A DNA stretch of 64,000 bases, taken from positions 19,282,001 to 19,346,000 of the forward strand of contig OZ024746.1 of assembly GCA_964016885.1 (NCBI GenBank), given 5' to 3'. How positions within the stretch are numbered: the stretch's first letter is position 1; the number at the start of each line of letters is the position of its first letter. Shown here one piece after another: positions 39,291 through 50,971 of the stretch. The translations under genes were made by a program, and so were the position numbers. The notes under the pieces were generated by a model. It ran no database searches. It saw only the letters and a list, made by a program, of their open reading frames with translations, and had not been told where the DNA came from. This stretch comes from Eledone cirrhosa (lineage: Eukaryota).

Positions 39291-42200
39291 AATCCCGCCG
39301 AGGTTAACTTTGCCTTTCATCCTTACTGAGTCGATAAAATAAAGTACCAGTAATTCACTGGGATAATTGATGGCCTTGTGCCAAAAGTAGAAACAATTAT
39401 TATTTGGCAGTATCGGTAGGTCGGACGCCATGCTTTGCAGCAAATAGTTACGGCCCTTTATGGTCTGAGTTCAAATCCTGCCGAGGTTAACTTTGCCTTT
39501 CACCCTTACGGGGTCGATAAAATAAAGTACCAGTAATACACTGGGATAATTGCTGGCCTTGTGCCAAAAGTAGAAACAATTATTATTATTATATGATCAA
39601 GATTATGGGTTGATTGCAAACATCGTCTTTTTCCCACATCACCTTGATGCGGTTTGATGAGACATTAAAAAGAACACTTTAGAGGTTAAACAGTTTAACT
39701 TTTAAACAATTAGGTTCCACACAGTGCCTTAAAAAGTCACATCGAGCAATAATTTCAGAAGCTATATACACACTGTTAAGTGTTATCAATACAAACTTTG
39801 ATAGAAAACAAGTTATGTGGGGGAAATAACTCTTTAAATTACTATTTGTTATTTACATTACTTATTTGTTAATAAGAAAAGGTTTTTGTTTTGCCTCGTC
39901 TATGCTATCATAGTATCGCACTTTCCAAGTCATGAAGTCTGTCCTGCTGTATCTTTTCTATGTGAAGATAATTTAATTAACCAAAAATAATGTAAGTTTA
40001 AATTTAAGTGAAATAAACTAACTTTGAAATAGCTATTCTCACTTTGATCCGATTTATTCTCACACAGAATTAAACAGTGTAGTGATGGTAAGATGGCGAA
40101 TTGACAGTGACGTTAGAACGTCAGATAGAATACTTTGCGGTATTCATTCCAGCTCTCTGCTTTCTGAGTTCAAATCCTACCGGGATCAACTTTGCCTTTC
40201 ATCCCTTTGAGGTCGACAAAAAAAAAAAAAAAAAAAATACCAGTTTATTATTGGGGCAATTCTTTCTCTATATCTCTTTTTCACTTTCTACCCTTCTTTG
40301 GAAGAAATCTGCTGTATTCAGACATGGAGGGGAGATGGGTTCCGGCATAGAAACACCGTATTTCAATACAGCACCCCTACCACTCCATACCATACCAATG
40401 ATGGTTTGCGTTAGCCAAACAATTTGTTTACATTGAAAAGTGGTATATTCTAAAATGACCTTCTTTGGAAGTAAAAAGTGGTATTGTCCAAATTAATCTC
40501 TTATCACAGTAAATGAGCCTATTTTGTTTCACAAATTATGTTTCTGTGATTGTTGTTTATCCCAAGATCGGCCTTGATAATGGAAACTTTGATGAAAAGT
40601 GTTTGAAACATGAGAATCTCAACTTTTATAAGTGTATCTTAGCTTAGCCTATCCAATGAATCCTTTCTTTTTTTTAAAGAGGCTATGATATGGCTTGAAG
40701 GAGATTTAGTTGTTTCTTTTTGTTGTCTTTTAGCCCCTAAGCAGATACCATCATGGAAGTGGCCTTGCTCAACATATTGAAAAAGGGGTAAGCAGAAACT
40801 CCATAAGGTGAACACAGTGTAGTCTATGAACACACAACAAATGTAGTAGGATTATAGGCAGGTTAATGAAGAAGATAGACTTTATATGGAAAAGCAAGCA
40901 CCAAGAGCTCACATGAAATAGATTCCCTCAGCTGCAAGGAAAGCTCCCTAGAAGTTGTTGACAGTTTTTGTTACCTTTCACCTAATCAGGAGTGGAAGAG
41001 GATGATCTGAAAATGTGATAACCAGAGAAGAACAAGCTGGAAGAGATTTAGGAAGCTAGTACCTTTGCTGTCAACAAAGAGCTTCTCTCTATATATGATG
41101 CCTGTATGTGAACTGCAATGTTAGACTTGGGGCCCTGACTGCAGAAGATGTGAAAAGGCTAGAAAGAAATGAAGCAAATATGCTCCAATATGCTTCAACC
41201 CATGCACATGGGAAGGCTAGTGTTCTGAATTACTGCATAAAGCTGCGTTGGTGGAAACCCATCTATCAACCTAAAACCTGACCCGACACATCCTATTATC
41301 GCGCTTGCTTCACACTATCACACCTTACCAGCTACCCTCGCTATAATCAAACCTCCATCGACATACCCCCAGTCTTGCCCCTATAGTAGCTACTCTCAGC
41401 ATCACTGTACACCCAGTCCCTAGTCTATCCAGGGTTATTTCCATCCATTGTAAATCTACCCAGGGTCACCACCCACTCTATTCAAGATAGCCCCCTCACT
41501 AAATCCTGATACAATAATCATCACCATCATACCTCCCATACTTCCAGATGTCCCCCCCCCCTACTTTGTTAAATCCCCTCACACTTGGCAACACCCAGCT
41601 CCCCTGCCCATAAGGTAGAGAGGGTTCTTCTGTCGAGTCAGTGACAACAACCTCTCTAGTGACGAGCAACAATAAATGCACCCAGTACACCCTCTAAAGT
41701 GGTAGGTGATGGGAAAAGTACCCCAATGATTCTTAGTCACGTCAAGGGCACAATAACCTCTCTAGTGTTGGTGAACTACACAATAATGCACCCAGTACCC
41801 TCTGTAAAGTGGTTGATAATAAGAGGAGCATCTGGCTGTGCAAAACCTGCCAAAAAGGTTAGAGGCCCTACCTGAGAGCTGATCAGTCTGTGGCAAGAAA
41901 ACAGGAAAAACAGACGATGACGACAATGACTACTACTACCACTACTACAACCATCACTACTACCACTATCATCATCACCACCACCACTACTACTACTAAT
42001 TATTGCAGTTTATATAAAATATCGCAAACAGTTGTTATGTGAGTAATTTTAAAAGAAGAAAAACAATTTTATTTTCATTTTTTTCGGTTCATAATATTTT
42101 ATATTAGTTTCATTGGAATTGATTCAAAATAGAATAATTTACCTGTATTTTTAGTTATAGGTCATTTTATCGTTTGATATATTGAACTTTGGCTAGTTAA

Positions 42201-42519
42201 GATATGAGCAAATGAGTGTATTCAGGTCAAGTTTAATACCATAGCAACCAAAGTTCTGTATGATTACCGTATTTGATGGCTTATTAAGACACATTTTCCC
42301 CCAAAAAACATCCCAGAAAATCACACTGCATCTTACAGTTTAGGTTACTGGCTAGTGGAGTTCTAGTGCCGCAGTGGCTACTTAAGAATACTTTTAAGCC
42401 CTTTGATTCCAGATTTTGTTTCTATGTCTGGAACTTCTTTTCTAGTTCTTCCCAGCATATATTTGTTCCCCACAGACAACCAGTCATGAATTCATATGTC
42501 CAAGAGGACTATAATAATA

Positions 42520-42850
42520 AGGAGCAGGCTGATGATTGAGCCTTAATGTATCCCCACCTGCACATCAAACTCATTACTGTACTCATTGCTAACCCTTACC
42601 TTACTGGTTGCACGTCTGTACATAGTTTGTACAGCCCACACAAGATATTCTTATATCCCTAGCTTCTTAAATGCCCACCAGATTACAGAGTATGGGATTC
42701 TGCCAAAGGCTCTATTCCAAGTTGATGAATGCTAAGTATAGGGGGCTTATTCTTAGCTAAATACTTCTGCAATTATCTCACTAGGAAGATAGCATCAGTA
42801 GTGCTTCTCCTTGGCATAAAGCCAAATTGCATCTCAAGGTTAATTCTCAC
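42520..42850 (-). mobile_element. Decayed RTE RT fragment
   Basis: QFGFMPRRSTTDAIF...IWWAFKKL...QVG.H.GS remnants. Confidence 0.7.
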
Positions 42851-44778
42851 GATAAACAAACTGACCTAGTTGCCATTCTTAGCTTTCATAAGGGCAGTGC
42901 ATTGGCAGAATTGTTAGATCTCTGGACAAAATGCTTCGTAGTATTTAGTTACCGTTCTTCACATTCAGAGTTCAAATCACACCGCGGTCGATAATATAAA
43001 GTACCATTCAAGTATTAGAGCTGATATAATCGATTTTCCCTTCCCAACAAAATGTGTGGCCTTCTGAGAAACCACATTTAACTTTCGTATGTTTACTTCA
43101 GTCGAAATGATAAACAAATATCATTTGAATCAGAAAGAAATCATTTTATCAGGCTGCGCTATATCTGCAAGACAGTCTTTGTGCAATACCCTGACCAAAT
43201 ACAAGACGCTCTAACTATTATGCCAATTCTTCGTTTTATTAAGTGACCCAATACTTAATTAACTGGTATTTATTGTCTTTTCCGATGTTGAAAAACAAAA
43301 TCGGCCTCGACAGAATTTCATTTCAACATAAATACTGCTAAGTAGTAAGGGGAGGTAACAACAACATATTATATTCAAGGGAAGACAATTATTTAAAAAT
43401 TTTAATTAAATTAATTTCTAAGTTGTGAAATAAAGAAAACAACAAAACTTCACATAATATTAAAACTCAGTTAATTACAATCAATTATAGGATATTCGAC
43501 ACATGCTATGTGATTCATAGTGGTGAGGCAGTTATATCGAAACTATATTCAGCGAAGCGTGACGATTTGTTGTGTCACATAATTCTTTACGCAACGTACT
43601 CAAAGAAAAGAGATGTTAAAAACTGGAACACTGTTATCATACAAGCTTGAGAAATATAACAAACGCTATTTTACAAAATAACGGAGGTTTCTGATAAGCT
43701 CCTTCATTATATCTCCACTATAGGCGTAAAGGTATATTTGTAAATGAGCAAATAGGACCATCAAACATCTAAACATGAATGTAGATACATCTAGATCCTA
43801 GAACAAACCCTAAGTAATTATTGAATGTCCCTATACGTAAATAAAACACTTCGAAAACAAAGCTAACACTAAACAACCACACACACTGGATAAGACTATC
43901 AAATGCGAAACTCGTCAATAATACACCCCGAAAACAGAGCCAATAATAAACAAACCACCATCGAATGCAGATAACTAAACTTGTATGGGGGAGGTTAAGA
44001 TTCGGTATTTTTCAACGCATGTTTTTTTCCTCCCTATATTTACGAAAGCAATGTAAAGGTAGAAGTTATTTCAGATATTTCAAATATTTAGTTTATTTTT
44101 CGGAGATGTTGGTTAAGGCTTTAAATCAAGAACTAGTGAGGTTTTCATTGTTACATTTAAATAAGCACTATGTAGACCTGTGTGTGACTAAATAAGCAGT
44201 GAAAAGAACTACGTTCTTTACAGTGTTCGAAATTTAAAAAAATAATTTATGGTAAATTTCAAAATCTAATTTTAAACTCAAATGTCCACCCTTGTTTAAT
44301 AATAATTGATTATAAAGAAAAACGAAGTATCGGAGGATTTTTCTCAGAACGAATAATCTATATATAATAATCTATATATAAATATTGTAACATTAAAAGA
44401 ATATATCTTTCTGAAAGAATCGCGAGCAATTTATAATGTTATCTAAGCATTTGTAATGTTATTTATGTATATATTTAAAACATATTTGTTATGTTATTCT
44501 ACTGTAAATTTATTTATATGCTCTATAATAAATACAATAAACGATAAAAAAAAAGTCAATATTTCCTATACATTTTCTATGCATTGTAAAACTTGTTTGT
44601 TTAGATTATAATTTAAAAAAAAAAAAAGTACATCGATAATTATAAATTGAAAGAAATGAAAATATTAACATCGATATATTAACTTTTATTTTGTCTTGAC
44701 ATTAAATAAAGAATAAAAAAAAATTGTTATTCGATCTAAAACAAGCATCGATTGATTGATTAATTAATTAAGACTCAC

Positions 44779-44829
44779 CTGTTTAACAGACGAAAATAAA
44801 GGGGATGAGTTCCGAAACATTAAAGACAT
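44779..44829 (-). CDS. CPT2: CPT2 putative coding exon 1 (MSLMFRNSSPLFSSVKQ), start of mitochondrial presequence
   Basis: ATG at 44829, 17 codons, consensus donor CAG|GTGAGT. Phase 0 matches exon 2. S/R/L-rich with no acidic residues. Not supported by homology, only by signals and phase. Confidence 0.65.
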
Positions 44830-45069
44830 GATAAAACAGAAGTGTGAATGATTAATTAGACACACAGAGAGCGATCAGTATCGCTGAGAAGGCTCTATAC
44901 TGAATGACTGTCGAGCAGACGGCGATTAAATGTTTATACTGTACGTGTGACCTGCCTATTTATGTAAATGATAATGTGTTGCGATATTATATCTACATGA
45001 CACTTGTTTGTCGTTATACAAAAAATATTAAATTTTTAAAACGCTTTCGTTGTTTTTTCTCTCTCTCAA

Positions 45070-45929
45070 TCTCTCTATATATAAAACTGAGGATATCTGT
45101 TTGTGTGTGTGTGAGTTTGAATCCCTAAAACTCGAGAACCACCCAACCGACTGTTTTCAAACTTTACACATGTAATACTTATGTTTCAGGGAGTGTTCTG
45201 AGCAAAATATTTTTCAAATTTTCAATGCCCTAGGGACCACATTAGGCGATTTAGCGGTCTCTCTCTATAATTCTTAATCTTTCTCTTTTTAGATAGATAC
45301 ATACATATAACGTCGCGCCCTTATAATATCTGGCTGTCTGCATTACGTCACTTCCCTGAGGATGTCTGTGTGTGTGTGAGTTTGAATCCTTAAAACTCGA
45401 GAAGTACCCAATCGATTTTTTCAAACTTTACATGTGTATTACTTATGTTTCAGGGAGTGTTATGCACATAAAAAAATTCAACTTTCAGCATTAGATGAAA
45501 AACTGCGTTTTTTTAAGCTTTTTAGGACTTTTTTTAGGCGTTACGTCAGACCGATTTCCTAAAATTGTAACTATGTATTAGTCAGTCTCTTCTTCATACC
45601 ATGAGCAAAGAAAATCCAACCTTTTTATGGCCTAGGGCCCGCATAAGTGAAAAACTTCATTTTTTTCAGCCGATATTCCCGAAATTTCAAGGCATATTAT
45701 ACAGATAAAAAAAAATTCATTTTTTTTTTATCCCCTAGGGCCCACATTAGGTGAAAACCTGCATTTTTCCTGCTTCATCGAGGAAAATCTTAAAGATTAT
45801 CCAGACATCAGAGTATTCGGTTTATTTTCTTTACATATTGTCCAGGCATGCAGTTTTTCCACGATTAGGTCTGTTGGTGGCCCGCCTTCCAAAATACCTT
45901 ATCCCGTGCAACGCTAGTACCACTGCTAG
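45070..45929 (+). mobile_element. Non-autonomous Helitron-like element with internal ~110-bp duplication
   Basis: A|TC 5' end, CTAG|T 3' end preceded by a degenerate hairpin (cccgtgcaacgc), no TSD. Internal repeat 45086-45195 vs 45356-45460. Confidence 0.7.
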
Positions 45930-48900
45930 TTAACAATAAATTTAAGTTAAATTAGTTAAATTTAAGATTTTATAATTATTTAATCGATTGTTGATTTACT
46001 CTTTCAAAATTTATATAAATGTCCCGAGTCTTTAAAAGTTTTTTTCTTATTTCTGAGCTTTCTGTTCGGTAAAAAATATTCTTCTTCTTTAGAAGTTATT
46101 TATTTATTTATTGTTGTTGTTTTTTCACCCCTATTTTTAATTTCCCAAATACAGAAAAACAATGTTTACTGAAGAAAATTATATTTTATGTTGTAGATGT
46201 CAAAATGTGATACATTAAATATCATTGTTATGAAATATCATTATCACCATCATCAATTTAATGCAGACACCAGTTACATATGATATAATGAAAATTATTG
46301 TGTACAGTGCTCAGTAATCGTTCCAAAGTAACCCCCCCCCCCCGCAAAAAAATTGTTATCTCGTCTTAGTGGAGAACCAACCTTCAACAACACTAACTAC
46401 TTCAGTTTCTTTAATGTTTTATGTAACTACTAGAATCATCTTTTATTAACAAGCTTAAAATCCCGCCGAGGTTACCTTTGCCTTTCATCCTTACAGAGTC
46501 GATAAAATAAAGTATCAACAACACACGGGGTTCGATTTAATCAACTTTCCCCTCACCCAAAATTATTGGCCTTGTGCCTAAATCAGAAACCATATTATAT
46601 GTCATATTGAGGAGGGTAGATTGGCAGTATCGGTCGAGCGTCAGATAACATACTTTGTGGCATATAGCTACGTCCCTTTACATTGTGAGTTCAAATATGA
46701 CAGGTTAGCTTTGCCTTTCACCCTTAAGGGAGCGATAAAATAAAGTACCAGTGATGCACTGGGGACAGTTTAATCGACTTTCTCCTCCCCCAAAATTGTT
46801 GGCCTTGTGTCTATATCAGACACAATTATATATCCATATTAAAAATGTCATCGGCTAATATTTTTACAGCTAATTACTTTTTTTAATTAGTCAGTAACCA
46901 CAATTAATATAATGAATATGATTTACAATAGAAACAATCAGGAGAAATTAACCAGAGAAGCCATACACCTAAATAAGATGTCACAACAGATGGTATTAGA
47001 GTTTCCTGTCTAATAATGGTTTCTGATTTAGGCACAAGGCCAGCAATTTTGGGGAAGGCGAAAGTCTATTAAATTGACCCCAGTGTGTTACTGCTACTTT
47101 ATTTTATCGACTCCGTTAGGATGAAAGGCAAAGCTAACCTCGGCGGGATTTGAACTCAAAACGTAAAGGGCCGTAACTATATACCACAAAGCATGTTGTT
47201 CGGTGCTCTACAGATGCTGGCAATCCACCCGCAATATGGGCATATAATGGTTCCACAAGGCCAGCAATTTGGGGAAAGGAAAAAGGAGATCAAATCGACC
47301 CCAGTGCGTTATTTTATCGCACCTGTAAGGATAAAAGACAAAGCTAACCTCTCTGGGATTTGAACTCAGAACATAAAGGGTGCTTGGTTACTCTAGTGCA
47401 TTTTAAAAATTCATTTACATTTAACTTCTACTTCATTTCATATATTCTAATCAATTCATATCTTCTAAACAACTCCTTCTAGCAGCTCTTGTCAGAAACA
47501 ACCGTTTCCAATTGATCCAATTGTGTCCCTAAGCATGACCATGGATATTATCCAACATTCTTGCTTGGGGTCTGCTCCTGGGTCTCTTGTCAGTTAGTTT
47601 TGCCTATAAAATCTGTCCAGCGATTTTTTCCTGAGACATTCTAATCACGTGTTCGTAATATCGGAGCTGTCATCTCTCAATTCGGAGAAGTAACGGCTCT
47701 GCCTGGAGCAAATCTCTGATCGCCAAGCTACCCACGCTATCGAGCAATATTACTCAAAAGACCCTTTGGGGGAATATTATTTCAGTCGCTTGTATTCATG
47801 ATTGCAGTCTTTTGATCATTACCCAAGGTTCACGACTATAGGTAAGGGTTGGCACAAATATTGAATATTCTAAATTCATTAGCTTTATTGATATAATGGT
47901 AAATCTCTTGTTGAGTTATAAGAGTTCATAGAGCTGTCACTTAGCTCCAATTTAAGTTGCTTTAAGCAAGTAATGAACCTCCTTAAATCCATAACACCAA
48001 TTTGTCAGAGAATCTAATACCTATTACAGAGAGTAATAGGAACATGTAGAATTAAGTGTCCTGCTTGAAAGAACTGCACAATAATTGTTTCTGATTTAAG
48101 CACTCGATCCCGTAAATATGAAAAGGAAAGCTAACCTCCCACCATACTTGAAAACACACTTCATCAGACCAAATACGCTTTTAATATAGCTAGGCTGTTC
48201 GATTACATACGTTAAGTCTTGAGTTAGTAAATGACAGTAAGATAAGGATAAAGTTAAGACAAGGGTAACAACCTTGTCATTCTATATTGGGAAGTTGTTT
48301 CCCTTAAAAGGACTACATTTGTTTAAGGGCAAACATAGATGGGCTGTCTATGTCTCCCGTCTCAGAGACAACAGACGGAGTGACAGAGTGGTCACCAAGG
48401 TAGTGGAGAAGAACTAGAGGGTGGCCAAAGGCAAGATGGTGCGACAATCTAATCTGATACTTCGGCTACACATGGCCCAATATGGCCAGAGATAGGAAGT
48501 GGTGGAGGTTAACCATAAAGGGGTTCCTCCACCAGGAGTGAAAAGGTTCTGAATTTGGATTTAGATAATGGGAATACTTTAGAGGTTCATATAGAAAGGT
48601 GATAATATAGCATTGGTTCCTGTTTTTCAATACACATATATCTAGTGTGGCTTTTACATTCATTCCTATTGATTTTTATTCCAGATTTTTTTCATTCACA
48701 ATTGTTATTTCTGTATATTCTAACCCATGCAATCATGGAACAATGGATGTAAAATGATGATGATTCCTGTTTTTCTTGTGTTCCATCCAACAGATAACTA
48801 TAGTGAAGAATACCTGGAGGTTGTATTTATATAAAGACATGTTATCTCTAGGTTATTGGTGCTGAACCTTCTTGTGTACACCACCTACATCTAAGAAGTG

Positions 48901-50390
48901 AACTGTCTAGTACGAAGGTGTAATGGAATTTCCCCCACTTCTCATGATTACGGGATTAAGAGATATCCTTCTTTCTGCATAGGAATGCCAATCTATCATA
49001 AAGGTCATTTATGGGAAAAATTTCAACTTACTATTCTAAACTAATGAAATATTCACCATTTTTATACTATTCTAGATAGTTACAGCAATGAGCCTTTTTA
49101 ATGTACAACTATAGAAACTGAGTCATAGGATTTAAGTATGTTTGCACTAGGCACATAACACAAGTTGCCAAATATTGAGGCAGCAAAATAACTAACCAGT
49201 TGGTACATTGAAAGTTTCTTCCTTATTTGAGTTGTATAACGGACAACGACTCTATGTCCTAATTGACATAAATAATCAAATAGTTTGTATATTGTCTATA
49301 AAGTTTATTGTTTGTTACAATATCAGTTTATTCCAAGAATAAAGGAATTACATTTCTTAAAAACCTACCAATCAAATTTGGTAGGTTTTTATATTATAAG
49401 TGGAATGTTCCTGTTTTCTCCAGCAAAAGAAGAACTGAAATATCAGCAAAACATCCTGTTTAGTTAGTGACCCAAGTACATGATTTAAAGTTGTAATAAT
49501 ACAGCGCTTTTTTTCCCTTCTTCTTAAATGACAGATGTATTTTATCTTAGAAAAATGATATGAAGTGGTGTTTGGAAGGAGTGATTGCTATGGATATAAT
49601 AATAATTAGGCAGAAGACCAACAATTTTTTTTTTAACTCAGAACTTCAAGGGACATAACTCAAAATTGCCCCCTAATGGTTTTCATCTATTTGGCATCTC
49701 TTCGATTGCTAGCATTCTAGCCAATAGTAAGAAGAGATGCTGAAATGAAATATTATCTGGCTTACACCTGTCTACTTCTTAAAAGTTAAATTTGACATTG
49801 CTAAAAATGTCTTATTCTTAATAAATAAACATTTCCACATTACCCACCAATATGAAAAATTATTCCAGTAGGAATCTAGAGCTATTGTCATGATAAAATG
49901 CACCCAGACACCCTGTAAAATGGTAGTGTTGGTACCATTGGAAAATGCCTCCAGTACTCTCTGGAAGGTGATTGGTGTTAGGAAGAATAATGAGGTTACT
50001 CCAACCCATCTGGTCTGTCAAACTCATGGCAGCATGGAAAGCAGACGTAAAAATGATGATGATGAATAGCCTTAAATCTAGTTACAGTTGTACCACCTTC
50101 ATGTAAAACTTAGTAAGAAGAAAACCAACTAAATTAACTGAGGCTAACTACACATGATGGAATATAAATGTATTCCCTGTTAATCAGGCAGGCAGTAATA
50201 CATCAAATCAAACCTAAAGATTGTGAAAATATGCATTAAATGATGATGGTGGTGGTAGTCATGGGGGTGGTGATGTTTTTGATGATGATGACAATGATGT
50301 TGATGATGATTGTGGTGGTAGTGATGGTGGTGATGATGATTTGATGTTAATGATGATAATGATGATGATGATTATCTCTCCACTCTCTGA

Positions 50391-50915
50391 ACACTTCCAG
50401 ATCTGCTAAAGAATCTCCCTGTATCTCTTGCTGGAAAGACTGAAAAGACTGCGGAATCTGCTACCCATGAAGTGATTGCCATTGGGGTACCAGAGGACAA
50501 GGCTGATCTTCAGGCATTTGCTGCCAGCTCAGCCAAAGACCTAGGCTGTGTTCCCCCAAAGGGTGCCCTCCGCCTTGGTCGACCTGGTCCAAAACCCAGA
50601 CTCATCAGGTTGTCTTTCTCGGACCCCGCAGAGGCAACCTCATATCATCTGGCCTCTGCTAAAGCTGGGCGTGAAAATCAGATTACCTTCCGAACACGCC
50701 CAGGCCTACCACCCCATGTACGTCCAAAACTATGTGCTGCAGCTTCCTTGAATCGGAACTCAGCACAACATGAAAGTTTCAGTCTGCGTGATGATGGGCA
50801 GCTCTGGAGGTTTGTCAAGGCTGGTGAAACGTGGAAGAGAGATACCAGCTGGTCTGAGTGTGATCTACCCACAATAACTGTCAATGTAAAAACTGCTACA
50901 ACTCTGGGAAACTAA
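50391..50915 (+). CDS. LINE ORF1 C-terminal portion (RRM-like, RLGR...RLIRLSF)
   Basis: Open frame directly upstream of ORF2 and conserved in the second copy (33160-33678). GVPE and RLG...PRLIRLxF pattern typical of LINE ORF1. Confidence 0.7.
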   Translation, partial: TLPDLLKNLPVSLAGKTEKTAESATHEVIAIGVPEDKADLQAFAASSAKDLGCVPPKGALRLGRPGPKPRLIRLSFSDPAEATSYHLASAKAGRENQITFRTRPGLPPHVRPKLCAAASLNRNSAQHESFSLRDDGQLWRFVKAGETWKRDTSWSECDLPTITVNVKTATTLGN

Positions 50916-50971
50916 ACCAGAACAACCTGCCACCCTCTACACACCATCATAAACTGCGAGCAGGGTACAAA

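Noticed and set aside
42143-42255. Possible extra CPT2 exon (AG...CAG|GTAAAT on minus strand)
   Set aside because: 113 nt would break the frame between exons 1 and 2 and shows no CPT2 similarity. It could only be a non-coding or poison exon, which is unsupported.
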